Positions 50,280-62,093 of a stretch of 64,000 bases of DNA are shown here, piece after piece. Position 1 is the stretch's first letter. Every line of letters starts with the position of its first letter. The notes beneath the pieces were generated by a model that saw only the letters and a program-made list of their open reading frames with translations, was not told the DNA's origin and searched no databases. The position numbers and the translations under genes are program-made. The stretch is from Octopus bimaculoides (Eukaryota): the NCBI RefSeq assembly GCF_001194135.2, contig NC_069000.1:15825833-15889832 (forward strand), read 5' to 3'.

Positions 50280-51000
50280 GAGCCACAAATCATTTGTCCA
50301 GCATGGCTTTGCCTAAGGAGATATTTAGGTTGGTAGAATGCACTGTCATAGTGTTGAAATATATGTAAGACATCTTTCAGGATAGCAAAGAATGTAATAA
50401 ATCTGAGAGAGCTGGGTCCAAACTGTAAGCTGGATGTGGAATCAGTTCAATTCCCTCAAATTCCTAGAGTTTATTCTAGCTCGTTCGATTGGTGTGAGGT
50501 CCTGCATTGTCTTGTTGCAGAAGAGCTCACTGTCTGTTAACAAATGCTAGGTATTTCTATCATAAAATGGCATACATCTTCCCCAGCTGTTTGGAGTATA
50601 GGTTAGTAACAATGGTTTGGCCATCTAGAACTCGTAGGGAATTATCCCTTCGTAAGTCCACTAGACAGAAAGCACCACTTTGTGTTCAAAATGCCCATGT
50701 TTGGTGGCAAGTTTCAGAAACTGGCCCTTTCTTAACTGCTGCTTATATATATTAGGATTGTGGAAAAATATCTCCCTCAGATTATTACTTGTTCTGATCT
50801 ATGCCTCACTTCCTGTGTTTGTGATGCTTCATCAACCAAGAGGAGGTGGAAGCTTCATTGAAGGAGCTCTTTGCCTCAAAGGACAAGAACTGGCATCACC
50901 ATGGGATCAAAGAACTGGCAGAAAGGTGGTTTCAGACAGTGCAATATGATGGCTTCTACTTTGAATGCTAGGCTGCTTTTGTTGTAACTTGACAAATAAA
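50280..51000. mobile_element. Rearranged mariner remnants (catalytic segment on minus, C-terminus on plus)
   Basis: Minus strand: LQQDNAGPHT...LIPHPAYSLDPALSD. Plus strand: EVEASLKELFASKDKNWHHHGIKELAERW...YDGFYFE*. Confidence 0.65.
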
Positions 51001-51656
51001 GTAAGTTACCAAAGTATTGCAAAACTTTTTACATAAAACAATACCTAATGACAATAATGATAAGAAGGAAGAAATGGAGAAGGAATTGAAGGAAATGGAA
51101 ATATAATAGGCTAAAATAATGTGATTTGTTAAGAACTTTTAACATTCATCATCATTGCTTTTGTTATTCTTTTAACATCCAATTTACCATACTTGCTTGG
51201 CAAGACAGAATTTGATGAGGTAGATTTTCTATGGCTGGATGCTTTTTCTGTCAACAACCCTCACCTGTTTTGAAACACGGTAATATTTCCTGATAGCTGT
51301 ATAGATCTACAAAGAAGAACCCATGTCAGCATGGACAATAGATATCAAAAGATGAAAGATAGGGAATGAAGGACACCACTTCAAATATGGTAAGATTCAC
51401 TAACAACTATTTGTTTACAACTATTGTCCAGACACAAACATACACACATATATGCATACAAACGACAAACACACATACATATTGGGATGGGCGTCTTTCA
51501 GTTTCTGTCTACTAAATCCGCTCACAAGGATTTGATTGCTCTAGGGCTGTAGCAAAAAGACAATTGCCCAATGTTCCATGTGGTGAAAGTGAACCTGATC
51601 ATAAAAATAAAATAATAAATAGATGCATTTGGGAAAACAATAAAAGAGCAGCTTAC

Positions 51657-51754
51657 CATATTTGAATTTTGTGTAAAACATTGTTTAATCCATTCAATAT
51701 CACCCTGAACAAGCTTACATAAAATCCCATTCTCTTTATGATAATTAGGACAAC
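51657..51754 (-). CDS. MIB2-like ankyrin/RING E3 ligase, first confidently coding exon
   Basis: taaccag|...|gtaagc, phase 1-0. GCPNYHKENGILCKLVQGDIEWIKQCFTQNSNM is a degenerate first ankyrin repeat, in frame with the downstream exons. Confidence 0.7.
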
Positions 51755-53096
51755 CTGGTTAGAGAAAGAAACAAAAATAAAGAATTGAAAGAAACTGATA
51801 AAATGAGCTCAACAACAATATGTAAAAACTGTAATGTTTTTACATTGTCCTAACATGAAACAACATAAACATTGAAAACTTCAGACTTTTTAAAGCAGCT
51901 CTTATTTGTAGTTGGATATTCTTCTTAATACTAAAAAAAAACAAAAAAACTAACCAAAGTATTGTGCCTGCAAGTCAGGCATGTTACTCTGCTTTCTACA
52001 GTCGGCCTGGTTACAATTAACTTTTGCATAGTGGAATACTCACTCAGTATTGCTGATCAGAGCAATGGAGACACTGTATGTCTTGAGCTGTGGATCTGTG
52101 AATTATAAATCAAGTAGGTTTAGACAGAATATTTTGAGCTATGGATCTAAAGAGCATAAGATATTCAATCAACTGCCGGCCTTCATGTTCTAGATCTGTT
52201 TGATGAGGACTTACCTATGGATACACAACTTGCTGGGAACGAATATGAAGAAAAAAAAAAAGCGTGCTCGCGAACGGGGGGGGGGTCGGAACATTTACAT
52301 CGTGAATGCCCAGAGTTCTCTCCCCACCCCGCCTTTCGCGAGAGCGCATGTTTTTTTTTTCATATTCGTTCAGAGCAAGTCGTTTTACATCTATTACACT
52401 ATTTTTCTTTTGTTTCTTGGCTCCCATGAGGCGTCTCAGAACATTCACGATGTGAATGTTCCGAGTCCTCTCCCCACACCCCGTTCGCGAGCGCGCATTT
52501 TTTCTTCATATTCGTTCCTANNNNNNNNNNNNNNNNNNNNNNNNNNNNNNNNNNNNNNNNNNNNNNNNNNNNNNNNNNNNNNNNNNNNNNNNNNNNNNNN
52601 NNNNNNNNNNNNNNNNNNNNNNNNNNNNNNNNNNNNNNNNNNNNNNNNNNNNNNNNNNNNNNNNNNNNNNNNNNNNNNNNNNNNNNNNNNNNNNNNNNNN
52701 NNNNNNNNNNNNNNNNNNNNNNNNNNNNNNNNNNNNNNNNNNNNNNNNNNNNNNNNNNNNNNNNNNNNNNNNNNNNNNNNNNNNNNNNNNNNNNNNNNNN
52801 NNNNNNNNNNNNNNNNNNNNNNNNNNNNNNNNNNNNNNNNNNNNNNNNNNNNNNNNNNNNNNNNNNNNNNNNNNNNNNNNNNNNNNNNNNNNNNNNNNNN
52901 NNNNNNNNNNNNNNNNNNNNNNNNNNNNNNNNNNNNNNNNNNNNNNNNNNNNNNNNNNNNNNNNNNNNNNNNNNNNNNNNNNNNNNNNNNNNNNNNNNNN
53001 NNNNNNNNNNNNNNNNNNNNNNNNNNNNNNNNNNNNNNNNNNNNNNNNNNNNNNNNNNNNNNNNNNNNNNNNNNNNNNNNNNNNNNNNNNNNNNNA

Positions 53097-53300
53097 TATA
53101 ATTCCTAAAACCATTATTACATATACTAGTAGGAAGCCCCGCCCAAAAACACTAACCATATAATTCCTAAAACCATTATTACATATACTAGTAGGAAGCC
53201 CCGCCCAAAAACACTAACCATATAATTCCTAAAACCATTATTACATATACTAGTAGAAAGCCGCGCCCAAAAACACTAACCATATAATTCCATTACTACA
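53097..53300. repeat. 62-bp tandem repeat (at least 3.3 copies, running into an N-gap)
   Basis: attcctaaaaccattattacatatactagtaggaagccccgcccaaaaacactaaccatata recurs at 53101, 53163 and 53225, with a partial copy at 53287. Confidence 0.93.
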
Positions 53301-53489
53301 TAAAAATGTAACCAAGTTTAAATTAAGAAAATTAACACGTTACCAAAGGGACTCATAATTAATTTTGTTGTTATGTCATCGGTGTAAGAATCTTCGAACC
53401 AGATTAGTTGGTAGTTCGCTCTCTGCAATATATATCGAGTGCAAAGCGCACTGAACAACAGCAGTATCGTCTGTTCTAAGGACACTCAC

Positions 53490-53580
53490 GTTTAAATGGC
53501 GATAAATATTACTTCTCAGTATAATTATTACTGCCGTCTCAAATAGAGATTTTCTTAACGAGCGAGTTTATTGCATTACT
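53490..53580 (-). promoter_or_regulatory. Putative non-coding first exon of the MIB2-like gene (5' boundary approximate)
   Basis: Minus-strand donor aaac|gtgagt at 53489, within CpG-containing unique sequence facing away from GPATCH1. No ATG in frame with the coding exons. Confidence 0.4.
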
Positions 53581-55948
53581 TTTTTTTAATGCGCTAATTC
53601 GTTTTGTCTTTCTCTCAAGCTGTATCCGCCTAACTCACAAGTTATCGTGACAAATATTTAGAAAGTTTACATTTAAGTGAATCCTTCAAATTAGATATAT
53701 TCAGGTAATTTAGGCAACACTTCCGCAAATTATCAAAAGTGAAACTATTTGTTCGGCAATTTTCGTAAATACTTTTTATAGCTTTAACTTTTTTTCAGCT
53801 GACCCGCTTACGTTTATGTATGTTTTGTATATGTATGTGTTTATGTGCATGTGTACCTGTGTGAAACGCATACATACGTAAATATACATACATGCACATA
53901 AACACATACATATACTTATATAACTTATATACACAAATATACACACACACACGCGCCCGCATGTCTTTTAGCATAAGCGATTAAGCTCTAAGAGATTAAA
54001 GAAAAAAAAAAAAGTTTTACGGAAATTGCCGAACAAATAACATCACTTTTCATGATCCTTTTCCGAAAGAATTCTGTAACTTTTCACGCTCAATCGATCT
54101 TTGAAATTCATTTATTCAAGAAAAATTTTTGAAAAATATTAAAAGAGTTTAAAAATTTGATAATGATTAGTCAATCAGAAATCAGGATTTGGANNNNNNN
54201 NNNNNNNNNNNNNNNNNNNNNNNNNNNNNNNNNNNNNNNNNNNNNNNNNNNNNNNNNNNNNNNNNNNNNNNNNNNNNNNNNNNNNNNNNNNNNNNNNNNN
54301 NNNNNNNNNNNNNNNNNNNNNNNNNNNNNNNNNNNNNNNNNNNNNNNNNNNNNNNNNNNNNNNNNNNNNNNNNNNNNNNNNNNNNNNNNNNNNNNNNNNN
54401 NNNNNNNNNNNNNNNNNNNNNNNNNNNNNNNNNNNNNNNNNNNNNNNNNNNNNNNNNNNNNNNNNNNNNNNNNNNNNNNNNNNNNNNNNNNNNNNNNNNN
54501 NNNNNNNNNNNNNNNNNNNNNNNNNNNNNNNNNNNNNNNNNNNNNNNNNNNNNNNNNNNNNNNNNNNNNNNNNNNNNNNNNNNNNNNNNNNNNNNNNNNN
54601 NNNNNNNNNNNNNNNNNNNNNNNNNNNNNNNNNNNNNNNNNNNNNNNNNNNNNNNNNNNNNNNNNNNNNNNNNNNNNNNNNNNNNNNNNNNNNNNNNNNN
54701 NNNNNNNNNNNNNNNNNNNNNNNNNNNNNNNNNNNNNNNNNNNNNNNNNNNNNNNNNNNNNNNNNNNNNNNNNNNNNNNNNNNNNNNNNNNNNNNNNNNN
54801 NNNNNNNNNNNNNNNNNNNNNNNNNNNNNNNNNNNNNNNNNNNNNNNNNNNNNNNNNNNNNNNNNNNNNNNNNNNNNNNNNNNNNNNNNNNNNNNNNNNN
54901 NNNNNNNNNNNNNNNNNNNNNNNNNNNNNNNNNNNNNNNNNNNNNNNNNNNNNNNNNNNNNNNNNNNNNNNNNNNNNNNNNNNNNNNNNNNNNNNNNNNN
55001 NNNNNNNNNNNNNNNNNNNNNNNNNNNNNNNNNNNNNNNNNNNNNNNNNNNCAACCCCAAAACAATACGATGCTAAGGATTTTGCGGGTCGATATTGTAA
55101 AACTAACTTCACGTGTGTACCCATAGCCCCATGTAGTCACGGAACCTTATTTGTGGTATAACCTCGCCTTAAAAGAAAAATATATGGTAGTGCGGTTGTT
55201 GTATTGGCGACACAAGAATGTTAATCGAAACTGTTCAAGATCAATCATAGGTTGGACGTTCATGTACACTGATTAGAATTGTGAATTTCAATTATTGAAA
55301 ACGCGTTCCCGGATGGATACAATTGTGCAGAGTCCGTTTGTCTCAATATGGAAAAGCTGTTTGAATGTCGACGTTTGTTTACGATGTTATATTATTATTT
55401 GGAATAAATAAATATTCTTGTATTTTTTTATTATTCAATTGATTTTTAATGATAATTTTAATTGATACTTCATTTAACACTAAATTATTTCGAAATTAGA
55501 GTACCATTTTAGCCTAATATAGAACTTCGAACAGTTGGAAATCGCAGCCAAATCTTCCCCACATCACATTCTACTGTTTTAGAAAAGGACACATTTGATA
55601 AAGTGGTTTAGGATTCCTTGTACATAAAAAGAAAAAAAACAAAAAAAAAACGTGATGGTCAAGGCTGTATTGCCTTTGATCACGTCAAAGGTTTCTGCTC
55701 GACAACCTACAAAAATTAGCCTTGCGTTTGTTCCAGAGAAAAGAAACCTTTGACGTGAGACAAATATTTTTTGAAAGGACATCTATACTATAATAATTAT
55801 TACAGTTACCGAAAAGAAAATAACCTAATGTTGAAAGCACCTTTAATTTGTAAATGCAGCGGCTGCTTGCAAAAGAATTTTCTACCAATTGAAGATGCAG
55901 CTAACATTCACTGCTGACTGCGGCGTGTTTTTGTTGCTGTTCGAAAGC

Positions 55949-56018
55949 ATGGCGGACTCGGACGGAGATAGAGACTCATATGTAGTTTTGGGAAAAGCCA
56001 TTGGCACTGTATTACCCG
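55949..56018 (+). CDS. GPATCH1: G patch domain-containing protein 1, exon 1
   Basis: MADSDGDRDSYVVLGKAIGTVLP|gtaaat resembles the GPATCH1 N-terminus (DSDSEEDLVSYGT). Ends in phase 1. Confidence 0.85.
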
Positions 56019-57079
56019 GTAAATACAATATGAATACATTGTACTCTCTGGAATTTGGCCTTGCGGAAACCTGATCTAAAATCATATGCTGTCATATTCT
56101 TGATCGTTTTGATTCATTTAAAACATGTCATTTGCAAGATGGAGGTCTTTGAGCAGTCCTGTACCTGGGAGCTCAGTGCTACATGACACAGTATTCCGTA
56201 TTCTGTCCCACAAGGTGTTGAGTTAAAAAAAAAAAATCATCAGGGTTGACTTCCTTTTCATCTGCTCTGAAGCGAAATTTAAGTACCAGTGTATATAATG
56301 CTAACGATTTAATTAACAATAATCGTACCTTAAAAAATGTGGGCTTGACTTGTGCAGAAGACATATTAATATTTATTGTGTGTATATGTGTGTGTCTAAA
56401 GTTTAAGTTAGCGTGATTATTGTGTTATTCGTATTCCGAATTCAAATCCCTTTGAGGCCTTCTATACTTTTCATCCTTCTGAGGTCAATTAAATGATCAT
56501 TAATCAAAAACGAGGGCCGATTTAATCAACTTCACACTTGCTAAATTTCATGACTCTCTTCTCTTTATATTTGTGTGTGTTTATATGTATAATCATATAT
56601 TAAAGAAATCAAACGTTAACTGACAGTGCTCTCACTACATTTAAGTAGAACATAAAATTAATTTTTATAAGGAAACGGTTCCACCGATGATAGGCTTTAA
56701 TGATACAGTCATATGTATGTGTAGCAAGTGATGGATACATCGTTTTTATGTTATTTTTAAATCTCAAATTAATGTTTATAAATGCGTTACACATTGTCAC
56801 ATACACACAAATATTCTAGTTCCTTGAATATCACCGTGTACTACGAATGATAGTTGAAGATATCTCATTGTTAAATTATTTCCCTTTACATCCGCTATCT
56901 TACTGCTCACTCAGGTGGTGCTAGTTTAAAAATGAGAGTACTACATTTTTTAAAAAAATGTATATTTACATATACATCAGTGTGTGTGTGTGTGCGTGTA
57001 TGTATGTATGTAAATATATATATATGTATATATATAACTGTAAGGCTTATCTGATATATTTCCATCTACTTTATTTCAG

Positions 57080-57211
57080 ATGAACCATTGAAACGTCCAC
57101 TGTCTGTAAATGAATTACCTGTTAAAGATAACCAAGGTCGGGTTCGATTCCATGGTGCATTCACTGGAGGATTTTCAGCTGGTTACTTTAACTCAGTTGG
57201 TTCCAAGGAAG
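57080..57211 (+). CDS. GPATCH1: GPATCH1 exon 2
   Basis: tttcag|...|gtaagt. [44 protein letters not shown] carries the diagnostic [21 protein letters not shown] motif. Confidence 0.97.
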
Positions 57212-57661
57212 GTAAGTGTATTACATAAATGTTAGCAAAAGCATTTTTTTTTGTTTTGTCTTGTTTTACACCCTAGCTGATCTTATTTCATCATCATTGT
57301 TTAACGTCTGTTTTCCATGCTGGCATGGGTTGGACGGTTTGACTGAGGTCTGGAGAGCCAGTGGCTGCACCAGGCTCCAATCTGATCTGGCAATGTTTCT
57401 AGAGCTGGACCAAACACTCCAAGAGTGTAGTGGGTGCTTTTTACGTGCCACCTGCACAGGAGCCAGTCAGGTAGACCTGGCATCGATCACATTCAGACAG
57501 TGCTTTTTACGTGCCACCGGCATGGGGGACAGTTAGGGAGTACTGGCATCAGTCACATTTGGATGGTGATTTTTACATGCCACCGGCCCGAGAGCCAGTC
57601 AGTGGGTACTGGCATTGGCCACATTCAGATGGTGCTTTTTACATGCCACTGGAGCCTTTTT

Positions 57662-58171
57662 GGATCTATTTTAAAACGGGGGCCACAGTATTTTCTTAAC
57701 AAAACACTTTGAAACTTGGAACACTGGTAGAATGTGTCATATAAAACATCTTTTTCTCTTAGTCTTCTTTAAAAAAAAAGAAATCCCTAAGTTATTCCAT
57801 GTTAAAGTTGTCATATTTCTGTAATTTCAACCAATCACTGACGTCCATTCAGCCGATATACATTAAGTGCCGACTACATAAACAAACGATTCTGAAACAA
57901 TTCTATCGGTGATAAAATTATTATTTCCTTGTCAAAAAATGGTTAGGGTTAGGGTTAGGGTTGTTGCCTCTNNNNNNNNNNACTTGTCAGTGATTGGTTG
58001 AAATTATCGAAATAAGACAATTTTTTTACATGAAATAAATTCGAATACAAAAATATTTTTCTGTTCTATAACACAAAATAGATAAGTATACGAAGTTTGA
58101 AAGTCTTTCGGTACCAAAAACACTACGTAAAACATTAATGAAAACTGTGGCCCCCGTTTTAAAATAGATCC
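57662..58171. mobile_element. Second copy of the Merlin-like MITE, opposite orientation, nested in a SINE minisatellite
   Basis: TIRs GGATCTATTTTAAAACGGGGGCCACAG / CTGTGGCCCCCGTTTTAAAATAGATCC. Perfect 8-bp TSD gccttttt. Internal (ttaggg)n at about 57942-57962, with a small N-gap inside. Confidence 0.85.
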
Positions 58172-59151
58172 GCCTTTTTACATCCACGGGAGCCAGTCAG
58201 GTGGTACTGACATTGGTCACACATTCGGATGGTGCTTTTTATATGCCACCGGCACAGGAGCCAGTCAGGCGATCCTGCTGTTGATCATGTTCGGATAGAA
58301 CTTTTTACGTGACACTGTCATGGGAGCCAAGCCAGTCAGGGGCATCAGTCACGTTCGGATGGTGCTTTTTGCGTACTACTGGCATGGGAGCCAGTCAGGT
58401 GGACCTGGCATTGACCATGTTCAGATGGTGCTTTTTACGTGCCACTGGGATGGGAGCCAGTTAGGGGCCACTGGCCACTTCTACAATATTGGTTTTACTT
58501 GACTCAGCAGGTCTTCTCAAGCATATCATAATCCCCTGTTGCATCAGGGGTACTCTTAACCGGGCTGGACATGCATGGCTGCAATCTCACTTTGCCAGGC
58601 CTTATCAATCACAGCATATCTGCAAAAATCTTGATCTCCTGTCATTGCCTCTTGAGGCCCAATGTTTGAAGGTCATGCTTCATCCTATGTCTTCCTGGGT
58701 CAACCTCTTCCACAGTTAGGGAGTGGCACTTTCTCACACAGCTATCCTCATCCATACAGAACACATGACTGTACTAGTGCAGTCGTCTCTCTTGCACACC
58801 ACATTTGATGCTTCTTTATGCCCAACTTTAGCCTCAGGGCGCTTACACTCTGTCATGTATGCACACTGACATTACATATCCAGTGGATCATACTAGCTTC
58901 ATTTCTTTCAAGCCTACGCATGTCTTCAGCAGTCATGGCCCATGTTTCACTGCCATGTAGCTTGGCAGTTCACACACACAAAGAGCATCTCCAAAAACCT
59001 TTAGGTAATACGACTGTTCTTTCATACATGTTACATTACCACTTGAGGCAAAGAGAGACTCTGGTTTCTTCTCACTCCAAGCAGATAAATCTTTTGTCAC
59101 TACAGATATGTAATGTCACTAGTAATTTTCCCACTTGTTTTCTCTATACAG

Positions 59152-59237
59152 GATGGGCACCAACTACATTTGTATCCAGTCGACAGAAACGAAACAAGAA
59201 GATAGTTATGAGTGCAGAAGATTTTATGGATGATGAA
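59152..59237 (+). CDS. GPATCH1: GPATCH1 exon 3
   Basis: tacag|...|gtatgc. GWAPTTFVSSRQKRNKKIVMSAEDFMDDE matches GW.P.TFVSSR...EDFMDEE. Confidence 0.95.
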
Positions 59238-59716
59238 GTATGCAATATTGATTGTTTCCTTTGTTGTAATTTTCCAGCATTTATAAAAGATGAATATAGT
59301 TGATTGATGTAACTACAGTCAGTAAATCACTAGTAATTATTTCTGTACGAATATACTAATACCAGTCCATTATTGTTATTTAAAACAATTTTTTGAAGAC
59401 AGCACTTTGCTTAGTATCCCAATTATTTGCCTGGCATTCAATTTATTGTTCTCTATTTATTGACTGAGTAAATCAGGCATAGGCAACTTTTTTTGAAGAG
59501 TGGGCCACATGAGACAAAGCTCATCATCAGGTGAACTGCACTTCTAGGAAAATTCAAGGTAATTTCCTATTAGGCTTGTCATTCAGAAAGTCCCACAGGC
59601 TGCAGTTTGTCCATGACCAGGGCTAAATTGAATTATGTACAATTTGGAAGTTAATCCCCTTTATGGGTTAAAATTGTATGGAAAGGGAAAATTCATGCAT
59701 ATCTACGCAGGTTAAC

Positions 59717-59750
<34 letters not shown>

Positions 59751-60814
59751 TCAAACACACACACACACACATCATCATCATCATCATCATCATCATCGTT
59801 TAATGTCTGCCTTCCATGCCGGCATGGGTTGGACGATTTGACAGGAGCTAACCAAGCGGAAGACTGCACCAGACTTCTGTGTCTGCTTTGGCAAAGTTTT
59901 TACGGCTGGATGCCTTTCCTAACACCAACCACCCAGCAGAGTGGACTGAGTGCTTTTTATATGGCACAAGCACAAGCGAGGTCAGTTTTGGCATGGTTTT
60001 TACTGATGGATGTCCTTCCAAGTGCCAGCCACTTTACAGTGTCGACTGGATGCTTTTTACATGGTGCAAGCACTAAAATATCAGGCTGCATTCAGGTTTA
60101 CATTGTGATTCAACTAATGAAGATTATTCAGCGTCAACTATCACCATCACCATCGTCATTGTTTTTATGTCCACTTTTTCATTCTTACATGGGTCAGACA
60201 GAATTTAAGGCAGATCTTGTAAAGTTGGATCCCCTTCTTGTTGCCAACCCCAACCTGTTTCCTGGCAAGGTAATATTTCTCCTTGGCAGGACATGTTTTT
60301 GCATAAAATTGGAAATGAAGGACACTGCTTGAATAATCTTTTCTGCTAAAAGCACAAGGCCTGAAATTTGGTGGAAGGGGATAGTCGATTTCATCGTCCC
60401 CAGTGTTTCACGGTTTCTTAATTTATTGACCCTGAAAGGATGAAAGGCAAAGTTGACCTCAGTGGAATTTGAACTAAGAACATGGTGGTGGTGAAATACA
60501 ACTAAGCATTTCGTCCGGTGTGCTAACAATTCTGCCAACTCAATGCCTTACACTGCTTGAATAATGATGACACAACTATCATGTGATGAAAAGAAAACAA
60601 GGAGATAAACACACACAAGTGCTTGTATGCACACACACACACACACAAATATATACAGTATATGTATGGGGAAATGAGCTTCTCAGCCACACAGCCATGC
60701 ATGCACCTCCGTGGGAAAAATATATATAAGACATTGCAGGAGATACTTTTAGTTGTACAAATAATATTTCTTAGGAATTTGAACAGAAATTATTAGAATT
60801 TCTTTCTCTTTCAG

Positions 60815-60981
60815 GACTTTAGTGAACATGGGATTGCACCAAGAGAAATTGTCACATCAGACCAGTTCAAATCAAAAGGGGGAGCCACCAAAAGAAAGAA
60901 TTTAGCTAATTCGCTTTTAAGCACCAACTCATTCCTGCATAATGTTGATGGTGCTCTACTTGACTTTATTGTTCCAGAAAA
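60815..60981 (+). CDS. GPATCH1: GPATCH1 exon 4
   Basis: tttcag|...|gtaagt. DFSEHGIAPREIVTSDQFKSK...LLDFIVPE(K) matches D.SEFGIAPK.IVT. Confidence 0.93.
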
Positions 60982-61992
60982 GTAAGTTCCATGTAGAATT
61001 TTAAAGATATTTTTAGTTTTGTGATCAAGATGTGAGACTACCCTGATTGATGTCTATGAGGTTTTGAGTTCAAATTTGACTGCAGCCACTCTGTTGAGTT
61101 GTTGTTGTTTAGTTTTAGGTCATCCTTAATCAAGCAGACTTATGATGAAATGCGTACTAGTCTGTGACTATTCTATCCTTTTTGTTGTTTCAGACTTAGT
61201 GTAGCTATGACTGTATAGTCATAAGCAGTGTGTCCTTCTTTAAGAAAGCAGTATGTGATTTAAATGAAGAAGTTTGGCTGCTATTTTTAACAGGTTGAGC
61301 TCCCACTTTGAGGCTTCCTCCTTGATGCATTATAATCACTGTTTTAGGAGCATTATAATGTTTCATTCAATTCGCTGTTTTTAGTTTATGCTAAATAATG
61401 ACACTGTAACACACACAGACACATACACACACACACACACACATTTATACATACATACATACATGCATGCATACATACATACATACATACATACATACAA
61501 TAAACTTACTTGGAAATGGATGCGTGGGGTTGATTTCTTTGACTAAAGGCGGTGCTCCAGCATGGCCACAGTCAAATGACTGAAACATGTAAAAGAGTAA
61601 AGAGTATGCTATGTCTAAAGAAGCAACTATGTTGTTTAAGTTCTATAAACTTCTGTGGACTGTTCATAGAAGCATAGTTTTTTGTTTTATTTTCCGAGCC
61701 ATTTGAGAAAGTCTCTGCACAGTGGTTTGACTGACTAAGGATTGTAGCCAAATCTTTCTCAAACCATGTATACTTTCATCTTAAAAAGAAGGACATATCA
61801 GATAATGTAATATGCCTGAATAAATACTGGTATAGGTACAGCCAGATTCTTTTTGATAATAAATTGTTATAGGATTATGATTTGCCTGAGGCCAAATAAC
61901 AGCAGTAACAACTTGGCAATGATTTCTCTTTTTTGTTTTGCTAATTCCTGTAGTTACCTGTATGCTTAATCTGTAATATATGTATATGATAG

Positions 61993-62093
61993 GATATCGA
62001 TTGGAGTAAAGCTACTGAGAAAGATGGGCTGGAAAGAAGGACAAGGCGTTGGACCGAGACAAAGAAAATGTAGAAAGAAGGAGTTAAAATCAA
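61993..62093 (+). CDS. GPATCH1: GPATCH1 exon 5 (G-patch); the gene continues beyond the window
   Basis: gatag|...|gtaaga. ISIGVKLLRKMGWKEGQGVGPRQRK is a canonical G-patch. Confidence 0.95.
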
